From NCBI GenBank assembly GCA_005881595.1, contig VBBY01000002.1, positions 5,390 through 69,389 on the forward strand: a DNA stretch of 64,000 nt, written 5' to 3'. The DNA is from Betaproteobacteria bacterium (lineage in GTDB: Bacteria > Pseudomonadota > Gammaproteobacteria > Burkholderiales > SG8-39). The notes beneath the pieces are model-generated. The model was given only the letters and a program-made list of their open reading frames with translations, was not told the origin of the DNA and made no database searches. The position numbers and the translations under genes are program-made. Below, in pieces: positions 41,166-50,026 of the stretch (the stretch's first letter is position 1; each line of letters opens with the position of its first letter).

Positions 41166-42038
41166 TCAGCGCAGACGCACATTAGCCGGCCGCGTGCCGA
41201 TATCGAGAAAATGGATTACGTGCAACGGTTGCGCGTTAAAGATGAATCCGCGCGAGTCTTCCGCCGCCGGCATACCCAGCTCTGTCGCGCGTGCAACCAT
41301 GAACGGCGTGAGCGTCGATGAGGCCTCAAAGAGCTGTTTGGCATGTTGATCCGGGAGCTTGTTGGCGTTGCCCGGTAATTCGATCGATGGTCCGGCCGTC
41401 GACGAAAGATGGATGTTGAAGAGCAACACCGAGCCGTCGTCGCCACTGACCGCCGTTAACTTGCGCGCCTCGGCAATGAGGTCTCCATCCGTTGCCTCGC
41501 CGTCGGTGATGTTGATGACGATCGGCGGAAATCCCGTCGGATGCTCCTCACACCAGGTCTCGACAATCCGGGTTGCCTCCTTGAGCGCGGCGCACATCGG
41601 AGTGCCCCCTTTCCAATATGGGTCGAACCAGACTGGAAATTTCACGGTTTGGTCCACCACTCCGCCGGCGCCATCATCCGATTTCTTTGTTCTCTCTTCG
41701 ATGCGCAACGGCTTATTGGCCAATTCACTGATCGGTACCAAAGAGCGCCCGCTCAGTTCACCGCCGAGCGCTGGTTTACAGCTCTCTTCGCTGTAGCCCA
41801 GCACACCGACATGAAAGTAGTCGTAAATGGAGTCCGATTTGGCGCAACGGATGCTCAGATTGTGAATGAGCTTGTTGAGTATCGTCGCCAGCTCCTCGGC
41901 CTTCTTTCTGCCAGCCTCTCCGCCGCCAAAAGGGTCTTCCATCGACTCTGACTGGTCGACCAAAAACAAGAAACAACCCGGGTTCTTACGACTGATTTCG
42001 GCCTGGTATGCCATGGTTTCCCTCGCCTTTTGCATCAT
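41166..42038 (-). CDS. von Willebrand factor A (vWA) domain protein, TerY-like
   Basis: MIDAS motif LFLVDQSESM (DxSxS), GGTPMCAAL (Thr) and INITDGEATDG (Asp). Start set at ATG 42038, 6 nt after an AAGGAG Shine-Dalgarno. The ORF is open up to GTG 42122. Confidence 0.78.
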   Translation of the reverse strand: MMQKARETMAYQAEISRKNPGCFLFLVDQSESMEDPFGGGEAGRKKAEELATILNKLIHNLSIRCAKSDSIYDYFHVGVLGYSEESCKPALGGELSGRSLVPISELANKPLRIEERTKKSDDGAGGVVDQTVKFPVWFDPYWKGGTPMCAALKEATRIVETWCEEHPTGFPPIVINITDGEATDGDLIAEARKLTAVSGDDGSVLLFNIHLSSTAGPSIELPGNANKLPDQHAKQLFEASSTLTPFMVARATELGMPAAEDSRGFIFNAQPLHVIHFLDIGTRPANVRLR

Positions 42039-42278
42039 GACTCGCTCCTTCGGGGCGCCCTCGCGCGTGAACTTTCGCAATCTTCTCAGAGCGACCTTGA
42101 TATTGCGTGTGCGCGAGTTCACAGAATCGTCTAGATTCCGGTACTCCCGCTGGTCCCAGACCTTGACCGCGGCTCGGTTGCGCGAGCTTTCCTGCCCGAT
42201 GCGGGTGCCCTCGGGGTTGTAGCCATAGGCGCCGGTCGGCTCGCAGCCGCAGCGACTCCGTCAGATCGCCTTCACCGT

Positions 42279-43706
42279 TCACGCCCTTACCAGCCAGCGA
42301 ACGACGCTGTAGTGCGCCGCGGCGAGCTGTTGCGGAAGCTCCAGGTGCCCGTAATGCGTCATCGGCAGGTCCCAGTTGATCAACCGTACCTGCGCCTCCG
42401 GATTTTTCGCCCGGTATTCGTTCGCGATGAACACCTCGATGCTTCTCATCGGCTCCTCGGCATTCCAGTGGTTGCGGTCGAGCTTCGCCGTCGTCCAGAC
42501 CATGCGCTGGAAACCGTCCATGCGGGTGAAATTGGTGGCGTACAGATCCTTCTCGACGTCCTCGACGGCGATGCGCCAGGGATTGCCGGTGCGCTTGAGC
42601 AGGGATTCGATCTCGTTCTCCACCCACGCCTTTTCTCCGAGGTCGGCCCCGTGCTCGAGGTTCTGCAGCTGCTGCTTGAAGTTGGGACGCCGGCGCGCCT
42701 CCGCCGCGAGCCAGCGTTGGGCGATCTGAAGGTGCGTCATGCCCGCTTCGTAGAGCGGATTGAGAAAGCCGCTGTAGCCGCGGGCGTAGCTCGGCGGGTC
42801 GCGTCGTTCCAGAACGTGGAGCGGCGTCTTTCCCGCCTGGCGGGAAGCGCCGGCACGGGCCACGATTTCCTTGCCCCTGACCTTGCGCAACAGCTCGAGC
42901 CGCGCCGGTCCCCCGCTGCCCCAGCCCAGGTAACGACCCTTGAGCCGGGGGCGCAGGTCTGGATCCTCGTAGGCGAGCATCGAAAGCTCGCCGGAGGTCG
43001 AATGCCCGATCAGCAGGATGTCGCCCGAGGTGTGCCTGGTCACCAGCGCCTTCAGCCCCTGCAGGATCAGGCTGTTGGTGTAGATCGCGTTGCGCATCTC
43101 GTACTCGTCCATGGACAGATCGCGATCGAGCAAATATGCGGGCTGGCGCCTGGCGTCCAGGACCGGCAGGTCCCAGCCGCCATATTTGAAGTTGCCGGGA
43201 ATGGTCACGATCATGACGTTGAGCTTCTGCGCCAGGTATTGCGCCCAGCCGGGACGGTTCTTCAGGTCGACGTAGAATTCGTAGAAATTCGCCGCGCCGC
43301 CGTTGATGATGATGAACCACGGATAATTTCTCGCCTCCGGATTGAGGCTCGCGAGGCGCAGGGCCGTGATGTCCCAATCGAGGTTGTAGCGGCGAAAACG
43401 CTCGACGATCCAGTCTGCCTTGTAGCCGAGCTGCTGCGCGGGGAGCCTGGCGACATCGCGCGGATCGAAGGCGCCGCCATCAGCCTTCCCTGCCAGGGCG
43501 GTGATCGATTTTCCGCCGTCCGGCAGATCGAAGCCCGCGCCGAGGGCGCGCAAGTCGGACTCCGCCAGCGAAACGTACGCCGCCTTCCCGTCGTCGAGCA
43601 GAGTCCAGATCTTCTGTTCGAGACCTTGGGATTGCGCCAGGACGAATCCGGCCGGAAGGATTGCCGCGAAAAGAGCGAGCACCGCGCCGAAGCCTTTCGC
43701 CTTCAT
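42279..43706 (-). CDS. Secreted alpha/beta-hydrolase-fold protein, function unknown
   Basis: MKAKGFGAVLALFAAILPAGFVLAQS signal peptide and a GHSTSG nucleophile elbow (GxSxG). Its first 6 codons lie inside repeat copy B. Confidence 0.65.
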   Translation of the reverse strand: MKAKGFGAVLALFAAILPAGFVLAQSQGLEQKIWTLLDDGKAAYVSLAESDLRALGAGFDLPDGGKSITALAGKADGGAFDPRDVARLPAQQLGYKADWIVERFRRYNLDWDITALRLASLNPEARNYPWFIIINGGAANFYEFYVDLKNRPGWAQYLAQKLNVMIVTIPGNFKYGGWDLPVLDARRQPAYLLDRDLSMDEYEMRNAIYTNSLILQGLKALVTRHTSGDILLIGHSTSGELSMLAYEDPDLRPRLKGRYLGWGSGGPARLELLRKVRGKEIVARAGASRQAGKTPLHVLERRDPPSYARGYSGFLNPLYEAGMTHLQIAQRWLAAEARRRPNFKQQLQNLEHGADLGEKAWVENEIESLLKRTGNPWRIAVEDVEKDLYATNFTRMDGFQRMVWTTAKLDRNHWNAEEPMRSIEVFIANEYRAKNPEAQVRLINWDLPMTHYGHLELPQQLAAAHYSVVRWLVRA

Positions 43707-43749
43707 GCAAAAATCCTACCATGAAGGATACGGCTGCCCGCGCCCCGCG
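43689..43749. repeat. Direct repeat copy B (61 bp), containing the hydrolase start codon and the functional rsmE start
   Basis: See copy A: 51/61 identity, same orientation, 4474 bp apart. Confidence 0.8.
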
Positions 43750-44458
43750 CTTCTACGTGGCCGCTGCGCTGCGCGCCGGCGGCGCTTGCGTGCTGCCCGA
43801 GGACGCGGCGCACCATGCAGTGCGCGTGCTGCGCGTGCGCGCCGGTGACGCGATCACGCTCTTCAACGGTCGCGGCGGAGAGTTTGCGGCTCGCGTCGCG
43901 GCCATCGAGCGTCTGCGCATCAGCGTCGAGGTGCTGGAGCATCACGCCATCGAGCGCGAGTCGCCGTTGCATCTGGTGCTCGTGCAGGGCGTATCCTCCG
44001 GCGAGCGCATGGACTTTACGGTGCGCAAGGCGGTCGAGCTGGGCGTGGCCGAGATCAGGCCGGTGCTGGCGGCGGCGTCCGTGGCGCGGCCCAGGGGCGA
44101 GCGCGCAGCGGCGCGCCACGTTCACTGGCAGAAAGTCGCGATCGCCGCCTGCGAGCAATGCGGGCGCAACCGGGTGCCTGCAGTGCAGCCGATGGTGAAT
44201 GCGGCCGAGTACCGCGAAGACGGCGCAGGGACAAGAATCCTGCTGTCGCCGCGCGCCGAGCTCGCGCTCTCGAAAGTGGGAATCGAGCGGGCCGTGACGA
44301 TCGCCGCGGGGCCGGAGGCGGGATTCAATGCACGGGAGGAAGCCGCCTTTCTGGAAAGCGGCTTCGTGCCGGCCAGCCTCGGTCCGCGCATCCTGCGGAC
44401 CGAGACCGCGGCGCTCGCCGCGCTCGCCGCGCTCGGCGCTTTGCGGGGAGACTTTTAG
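43721..44458 (+). CDS. rsmE: 16S rRNA (uracil1498-N3)-methyltransferase
   Basis: MKDTAARAPRFYV...EDAAHHAVRVLRVRAGDAITLFNGRGGEFAARV and a C-terminal SPOUT region (GPEAGF..E, LGPRILRTETA). Confidence 0.88.
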   Translation: MKDTAARAPRFYVAAALRAGGACVLPEDAAHHAVRVLRVRAGDAITLFNGRGGEFAARVAAIERLRISVEVLEHHAIERESPLHLVLVQGVSSGERMDFTVRKAVELGVAEIRPVLAAASVARPRGERAAARHVHWQKVAIAACEQCGRNRVPAVQPMVNAAEYREDGAGTRILLSPRAELALSKVGIERAVTIAAGPEAGFNAREEAAFLESGFVPASLGPRILRTETAALAALAALGALRGDF

Positions 44459-44492
44459 TTAGAATTTAAAAAAATCACAACGCGGGGAACCC

Positions 44493-45812
44493 GTGGCCGC
44501 ACCGCAACACCCGGAAGCCTTCGTGCGCTGGCTGCGCCAGGTCACGCCCTACGTGCACGCGTTCCGCGGGCGCACCTTCGTCGTCGGCTTCGGCGGCGAG
44601 ATGTTCGCCGAGCGCGCGCGCTTTGCGAGCTTCATTCACGACGTGAATCTGCTCGCCGCCCTCGGCATCCGGCTGGTGCTGGTGCCCGGCGCCCGGCCGC
44701 AGATCGAGGCCGAGCTGAAGGCGAAGGGCTTGCGCTCGCGCTACGCCCAGGGCCTGAGGATCACCGACGACGCGGCACTGATGGCGGTGAAGCACGCCGC
44801 CGGCGTGCTGCGCGTGGAGCTCGAGGCGCAGCTCTCCCAGGGGCTGCCGGGCTCGCCGATGGCCGGGGCGCAGATTCGGGTGGCCTCGGGCAACTTCATC
44901 ACTGCACGCCCGATCGGCGTGCTGAAGGGGACGGATTTCCAGTACACGGGAACGGTGCGCAAGGTCGACGCCGAGGAGATCGCGCGGCGGCTCGACGCCG
45001 GCGAGGTGGTGCTGGTGCCGCACCTCGGCTACTCGCCGACCGGCGAGGTCTTCAATCTGGCGTGGGAGGACGTCGCGGAAAACGTCGCCGTGTCGCTCAA
45101 GGCCGACAAGCTGCTCTTGTACGCGGACCGGCTGCCCACCAACCGAAAGGGCGAGGTGCTGGGCGAGCTGACGGCGCGCGAAGCCGAAACGCTCGCGAAG
45201 AAAGGCCCGCTCACGCCGCAGAGCGCTCGCGCGATCGAGCACGCCGTGCGTGCCGTCGGCGGCGGCGTCGCGCGCGCGCATGTAATCACGCGCAGCGTGC
45301 GGGGCGCGCTGCTGCTCGAGCTGTTTACCCGCACCGGCGTCGGCACGATGATCACGGCGGATGCGGTGGAGAAGCTGCGCCCGGCGCGCATCGAGGACGT
45401 GCGCGGCATGCTCGAGCTGATCGAGCCGCTCGAGGCCGACGGCACGCTGGTGAAGCGCAGCCGCGAGCTGCTGGAGGCCGAGATCGGCAACTTCCTGGTG
45501 GTGGATCACGACGGGACGATCGTCGGCTGTGCGGCGCTGTATCCGGTCCCCGAGGACAAGAGCGCGGAATTCGCCTGCCTGGCCGTCGCCGGGGAGTACC
45601 GCGACGCGGGCTATGGCGAGCGGCTGCTCAAGGCTTGCGAGGAGCGTGCCAAGGCGCTGCGCCTGCGGCGGCTTTTCGCGCTCACCACTCGCGCCGCCCA
45701 CTGGTTCCTCGAGCAGGGGTTCCGCGCCGCCGCCGTGTCGGCCCTGCCGCAGCGCCGCCAGGCGCTCTACAACTGGCGCCGCGGCTCGAAGGTGTTCCTC
45801 AAGAGAATATAA
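44493..45812 (+). CDS. argA: Amino-acid N-acetyltransferase (N-acetylglutamate synthase)
   Basis: An amino-acid-kinase-like domain ([27 protein letters not shown]) is followed by a C-terminal GNAT domain ([22 protein letters not shown]). Confidence 0.92.
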   Translation: MAAPQHPEAFVRWLRQVTPYVHAFRGRTFVVGFGGEMFAERARFASFIHDVNLLAALGIRLVLVPGARPQIEAELKAKGLRSRYAQGLRITDDAALMAVKHAAGVLRVELEAQLSQGLPGSPMAGAQIRVASGNFITARPIGVLKGTDFQYTGTVRKVDAEEIARRLDAGEVVLVPHLGYSPTGEVFNLAWEDVAENVAVSLKADKLLLYADRLPTNRKGEVLGELTAREAETLAKKGPLTPQSARAIEHAVRAVGGGVARAHVITRSVRGALLLELFTRTGVGTMITADAVEKLRPARIEDVRGMLELIEPLEADGTLVKRSRELLEAEIGNFLVVDHDGTIVGCAALYPVPEDKSAEFACLAVAGEYRDAGYGERLLKACEERAKALRLRRLFALTTRAAHWFLEQGFRAAAVSALPQRRQALYNWRRGSKVFLKRI

Positions 45813-45820
45813 TCCACGCC

Positions 45821-46093
45821 ATGGCGCGAATGGTGAAGTGCGTGAAGCTCGGCCGCGAGGCCGAAGGGCTCGCTTTCCCGCCCTACCCCGGAGCGCTCGG
45901 CCAGCGGATCTGGGAAAACGTGTCGAAGGAAGCCTGGCAGCAATGGCTGAAGCACCAGACCATGCTGGTGAACGAGAACCGGCTCAACCTCGCCGATCCC
46001 AAGGCCCGCAAGTACCTGATGGACCAGACCGAGCGCCACTTCTTCGGCGAAGGCGCCGAGGTGGCGTCGGGCTACGTCCCGCCTAAAGAGTAA
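45821..46093 (+). CDS. yggX: Oxidative damage protection protein / Fe(2+)-trafficking protein
   Basis: [56 protein letters not shown] is a near-canonical YggX sequence. Confidence 0.92.
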   Translation: MARMVKCVKLGREAEGLAFPPYPGALGQRIWENVSKEAWQQWLKHQTMLVNENRLNLADPKARKYLMDQTERHFFGEGAEVASGYVPPKE

Positions 46094-46742
46094 CCGTCCG
46101 GACCCCGGAATCCGCAGCGAGCAGCAGCACGTCGGCCGGCCGCCGCGCGAAGATGCCGTTCGCCACCAGGCCGGCGATATTGTTGAGCTCGGCCTCGAGT
46201 CTGGGCGGGTCGAGCAGCGTCAGGCCGTGGCAATCGATGATCAGGTTGCCGTTGTCGGTCTTGAAGTTCTCGCGCAGCACCGGCTGCGCGCCCCGCTTCA
46301 GCATCTCGCGGCCGACGTGGCTGCGCGCCATCGGGATCACCTCGAGCGGCAGCGGGAACCTGCCGAGCACCGGCACCAGCTTGGAGGCGTCGCAGATGCA
46401 GACAAACTTCCGCGCCACCGCGGCGACGATCTTCTCGCGCGTCAGCGCACCGCCGCCGCCCTTGATCATGTGCAGGTGCTCGGTCACCTCGTCGGCGCCG
46501 TCGACGTAGACCGGCAGCTCGTCGACGCTGTTCAGGTCGAAGACGCGGATGCCGTGCTTGCGCAGGCGTTCGGCGCTCGCGCCGGAGGCGGCCACCGCGC
46601 CTTCGATGCGGCCCTTGATCGAGGCGAGCGCGTCGATGAACAGATTCACGGTGGAGCCCGAGCCGACGCCGACCACGCGGTCTTCCACGACGTGCTTCAA
46701 CGCCGCGTCCGCAACCAGCTTCTTTAGTTGATCCTGATTCAC
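46083..46742 (-). CDS. rpiA: Ribose-5-phosphate isomerase A
   Basis: [32 protein letters not shown] and KGGGGAL(T)REK. GTG 46742 overlaps the lpdA stop (GTGA). The 3' end overlaps convergent yggX by 11 nt. Confidence 0.9.
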   Translation of the reverse strand: MNQDQLKKLVADAALKHVVEDRVVGVGSGSTVNLFIDALASIKGRIEGAVAASGASAERLRKHGIRVFDLNSVDELPVYVDGADEVTEHLHMIKGGGGALTREKIVAAVARKFVCICDASKLVPVLGRFPLPLEVIPMARSHVGREMLKRGAQPVLRENFKTDNGNLIIDCHGLTLLDPPRLEAELNNIAGLVANGIFARRPADVLLLAADSGVRTVTL

Positions 46743-48433
46743 TTCTTGCGCTGCGGCGGCAGGTCGGTGCACACGCCCTCGAACAGCTCCGCCGCCATGC
46801 CGACCGATTCGCTGAGCGTCGGGTGCGGGTGGATGGTCTTGCCGAGGTCGGTCGCGTCGGACCCCATCTCGACCGCGTGCGCAATCTCGCTGATCAGGTC
46901 GCCGGCGCCGGTGCCGACGATGCCGCCGCCGATGATGCGGTGCGTCTCGCCGTCGAAGATCAGCTTGGTGAAGCCTTCATCGCGCGCGTTGGCAATCGCC
47001 CGCCCCGAGGCCGCCCACGGGAATTTCGCGACGCCGATCTGCATGCCGTTCTTTTTCGCCTCGTCCTCGGTGACGCCGGCCCAGGCGATCTCGGGGTCCG
47101 TGAAGGCCACCGAGGGAATGACGCGCGCGTCGAAGTGCGCTTTCTGGCCGGCGGCCGCCTCGGCTGCGACATGGCCCTCGTGCACCGCCTTGTGCGCGAG
47201 CATCGGGTTGCGGGCGATATCGCCGATGGCATAGATATGCGGCACGTTGGTGCGCATCTGGGAGTCGGTCTCGATGAAGCCGCGCTCGGTCACCGCGATG
47301 CCCGCCTTGTCGGCGCCGATCTTCCCGCCGTTCGGCACCCGGCCGACCGAGACGAGCACCAGGTCGTAGGTCTTCGAGTCCTTGCCGTCGAAAAAGATCC
47401 TGATGCCGTCTTTGGCCGCTTCCGCTTTGGTCGTCCTGGTCCTCAGCATCACCTCGTCGAAGCGGCCGGCATTGAATCTCTGCCACACCGCGACCAGATC
47501 GCGGTCGGCGCCGAGCATCAGCCCATCCATCATCTCGACCACGTCGAGCCGCGCGCCGAGCGTCGAGTAGACGGTGCCCATCTCCAGGCCGATGATGCCG
47601 CCGCCGATCACCAGCATCTTTTTCGGCACGCCCTTGAGCTCCAGCGCCGCCGTGGAATCGACGATGCGCGGGTCGTCGGGAAGGAAGGGAAGCTTCGCCG
47701 CCTGCGAGCCGGCGGCGATGATAGCGGACGCGAAGCGCACGGTTTTACTGCCGTCCTTGCCTTCCACCTGTAGACGATTCTTATCCAGAAAAGTCCCGAC
47801 CCCCTGGACCACCGTGACCTTGCGCATCTTCGCCATCGAGGCGAGCCCGCCGGTGAGCTTTCCGACCACCTTGTCCTTGAACGCGCGCAGCTTGGCGAGG
47901 TCGAGCTTCGGCTGGCCAAACGTGACGCCGTGGTCGGCGAGACCGCGCGCGGCGTCCATGACGGCCGCGGTATGCAGGAGCGCCTTCGAGGGAATGCAGC
48001 CGACGTTGAGGCACACGCCGCCCAGCGTCGGATAGCGCTCGACCAGCACCGTCTTCAGCCCGAGGTCGGCGGCACGAAATGCCGCCGAATAGCCGCCCGG
48101 CCCGGCGCCCAGGACGACGATGTCGCATTCGAGATCCGCTGAGGCGGAAGGCGCAGGCGGCGCCGGCTGGGGCGCTGCAGGCCTTTTTTGGGGTTGCGCC
48201 GATTCCAGGACCAGGATCGGCGAGCCCTGCGAGACCTTGTCGCCGAGCTTGATTCTCAGCTCCTTGACTACTCCCGCGCCCGGCGACGGAATCTCCATCG
48301 TCGCCTTGTCGGACTCGAGCGTGATGAGGGACTGCTCCTTCGCCACTGCGTCGCCGAGCTTGACCAGGACCTCGATGACCTCGACGTCCTTGAAGTCCCC
48401 GATGTCGGGGACCTTCACTTCGATTCCGGGCAT
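46739..48433 (-). CDS. lpdA: Dihydrolipoyl dehydrogenase (E3) with N-terminal lipoyl domain
   Basis: An N-terminal lipoyl domain ([11 protein letters not shown]) is followed by GAGPGGY, the redox disulfide [10 protein letters not shown] and the C-terminal HPHPTLSE. Confidence 0.95.
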   Translation of the reverse strand: MPGIEVKVPDIGDFKDVEVIEVLVKLGDAVAKEQSLITLESDKATMEIPSPGAGVVKELRIKLGDKVSQGSPILVLESAQPQKRPAAPQPAPPAPSASADLECDIVVLGAGPGGYSAAFRAADLGLKTVLVERYPTLGGVCLNVGCIPSKALLHTAAVMDAARGLADHGVTFGQPKLDLAKLRAFKDKVVGKLTGGLASMAKMRKVTVVQGVGTFLDKNRLQVEGKDGSKTVRFASAIIAAGSQAAKLPFLPDDPRIVDSTAALELKGVPKKMLVIGGGIIGLEMGTVYSTLGARLDVVEMMDGLMLGADRDLVAVWQRFNAGRFDEVMLRTRTTKAEAAKDGIRIFFDGKDSKTYDLVLVSVGRVPNGGKIGADKAGIAVTERGFIETDSQMRTNVPHIYAIGDIARNPMLAHKAVHEGHVAAEAAAGQKAHFDARVIPSVAFTDPEIAWAGVTEDEAKKNGMQIGVAKFPWAASGRAIANARDEGFTKLIFDGETHRIIGGGIVGTGAGDLISEIAHAVEMGSDATDLGKTIHPHPTLSESVGMAAELFEGVCTDLPPQRKK

Positions 48434-50026
48434 CTAGAGAATCAACTTTCTGATGTCCGAGAGCACCGACACGAGGTAGCTGGAGAAGCGGGCGGCGGTC
48501 GCGCCATCGATGACGCGATGGTCGTAGGAGAGCGATAGCGGCAGCATCAACCGGGCTTTGAAGCTGTCTTTGTCCTTCTCGTCCTTCCCGGCAAATACGG
48601 GACGGAATGCGGACCGCGAGACGCCCAGGATCGCCACCTCGGGCGCGTTGATGATCGGCGTGAAAGCGGTGCCGCCGATGCCGCCCAGGCTCGAGATCGA
48701 GAAGGTCCCGCCCTGCATGTCGCCGGGCTTGAGCTTGCCGTCGCGCGCCAGCTTGGAGATGTCGGCCAGCTCGTGCGCGAGGTCGAACACGCCCTTGCGG
48801 TCCGCATCGCGCACCACCGGCACCACCAGCCCGCCGGGCGTGTCGACCGCCACGCCGATGTGAAAGTACTTCTTGATGACGATGCTTTCGCCCGACCTGT
48901 CGAGCGACGAGTTGAACACCGGGTACTGTCGCAGCGCGGTGACGCAGGCCTTGATCATGAAGGCCAGCATCGTGAGCTTGAAGCCCTGCTTCTCGGTCTC
49001 GACCGTCTGCGCCTTGCGAAAGGCCTCGAGCTCGGTGATGTCGGCCTCATCGAACTGCGTGACGTGCGGGATCGAGATCCAGTTGCGGTGCAGGTAGGGC
49101 CCTGACAGCTTCTGGATGCGCGACAGCGGCTTCACCTCGACCGGGCCGAACTTCGCGAAATCGACTTCCGGCCAGGAGGGAAGGCTGAAGGGCAAGGCGC
49201 CGCCGGCCTTTGCCGCAGGCGCAGACGCGGGCGCGCCCTGCAGCACGCCTTTCACGAAGGCCTGCACGTCGGATTGCAGGATGCGGCCCTTCGGCCCGCT
49301 GCCGCGCAGCCTCGTCAGATCGACGCCGAGCTCGCGTGCGAACTTGCGCACCGACGGGCTGGCATGAGGCTTCGCCGTCGCTTCCTCTTGCGGCTCGCGC
49401 GGCACTGGACGCGAGGCAGGAGCCGCAGCGATCGGCGCAGGGGCCGGCGCGGGCGCCGCCGCCTTTGGGGCAGCGGGCTTTGGCGCCCCGGCAAGCGCCT
49501 GGTCTTTCGACTTGAGCACGAGGATCGGCGTATCCCTGGAAACCTTGTCGCCGATCTTGACCCTGATCTCCTTCACCACGCCCGCAGCGGGGGAGGGGAT
49601 TTCCATCGTCGCCTTGTCCGACTCGAGCGTGATCAGCGACTGCTCCTTGGAAACGGCGTCGCCCGGCTTGACGAGCACCTCGATGACCTCGACCTCCTTG
49701 AAATCGCCGATATCCGGCACGGGAACGGTCAGGTCGCTGGACGCCTCGGTCTTCGGTTTCTGTTCTCCTCTCTTCTCCCCGCTCTTGGGCTTTTCCTCCG
49801 CATCGAGCTCGAGGATCGGCGTGCCCTGCGACACCTTGTCGCCCATCTTTACCTTCAATTCCTTGACCACGCCGGCCGCAGGCGACGGTATCTCCATCGT
49901 CGCCTTGTCCGACTCCAGCGTGATCAGCGACTGCTCCTTGGACACGGCGTCGCCCGGCTTCACTAGTACCTCGATGACCTCGACTTCCTTGAAGTCGCCG
50001 ATGTCCGGAACGACCACTTGACTCAT
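48434..50026 (-). CDS. aceF: Dihydrolipoamide acetyltransferase (PDH E2) with two lipoyl domains
   Basis: Two lipoyl domains ([10 protein letters not shown] twice), an E3-binding domain (ASPSVRKFARELGVDL) and a catalytic domain (LSLSYDHRVIDGA). ATG 50026 overlaps the aceE stop (ATGA). Confidence 0.95.
   Translation of the reverse strand: MSQVVVPDIGDFKEVEVIEVLVKPGDAVSKEQSLITLESDKATMEIPSPAAGVVKELKVKMGDKVSQGTPILELDAEEKPKSGEKRGEQKPKTEASSDLTVPVPDIGDFKEVEVIEVLVKPGDAVSKEQSLITLESDKATMEIPSPAAGVVKEIRVKIGDKVSRDTPILVLKSKDQALAGAPKPAAPKAAAPAPAPAPIAAAPASRPVPREPQEEATAKPHASPSVRKFARELGVDLTRLRGSGPKGRILQSDVQAFVKGVLQGAPASAPAAKAGGALPFSLPSWPEVDFAKFGPVEVKPLSRIQKLSGPYLHRNWISIPHVTQFDEADITELEAFRKAQTVETEKQGFKLTMLAFMIKACVTALRQYPVFNSSLDRSGESIVIKKYFHIGVAVDTPGGLVVPVVRDADRKGVFDLAHELADISKLARDGKLKPGDMQGGTFSISSLGGIGGTAFTPIINAPEVAILGVSRSAFRPVFAGKDEKDKDSFKARLMLPLSLSYDHRVIDGATAARFSSYLVSVLSDIRKLIL

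Larger units (their letters stand above)
39276..43688. other. Inserted accessory segment bounded by the 61-bp direct repeats (kinase-like, PP2C, vWA, alpha/beta hydrolase)
   Basis: The segment sits between the two repeat copies. The three-gene triad portion is visibly AT-richer than the flanking core genes. No integrase or transposase lies inside. Confidence 0.6.

Noticed and set aside
42067-42122. Imperfect inverted repeat GTGAACTttCGC ... GCGcgAGTTCAC (10/12) upstream of the chosen vWA start
   Set aside because: It could be an operator for the triad, but it is short and imperfect. It also lies inside the alternative N-terminal extension of the ORF (GTG 42122). It cannot be distinguished from chance without conservation data.
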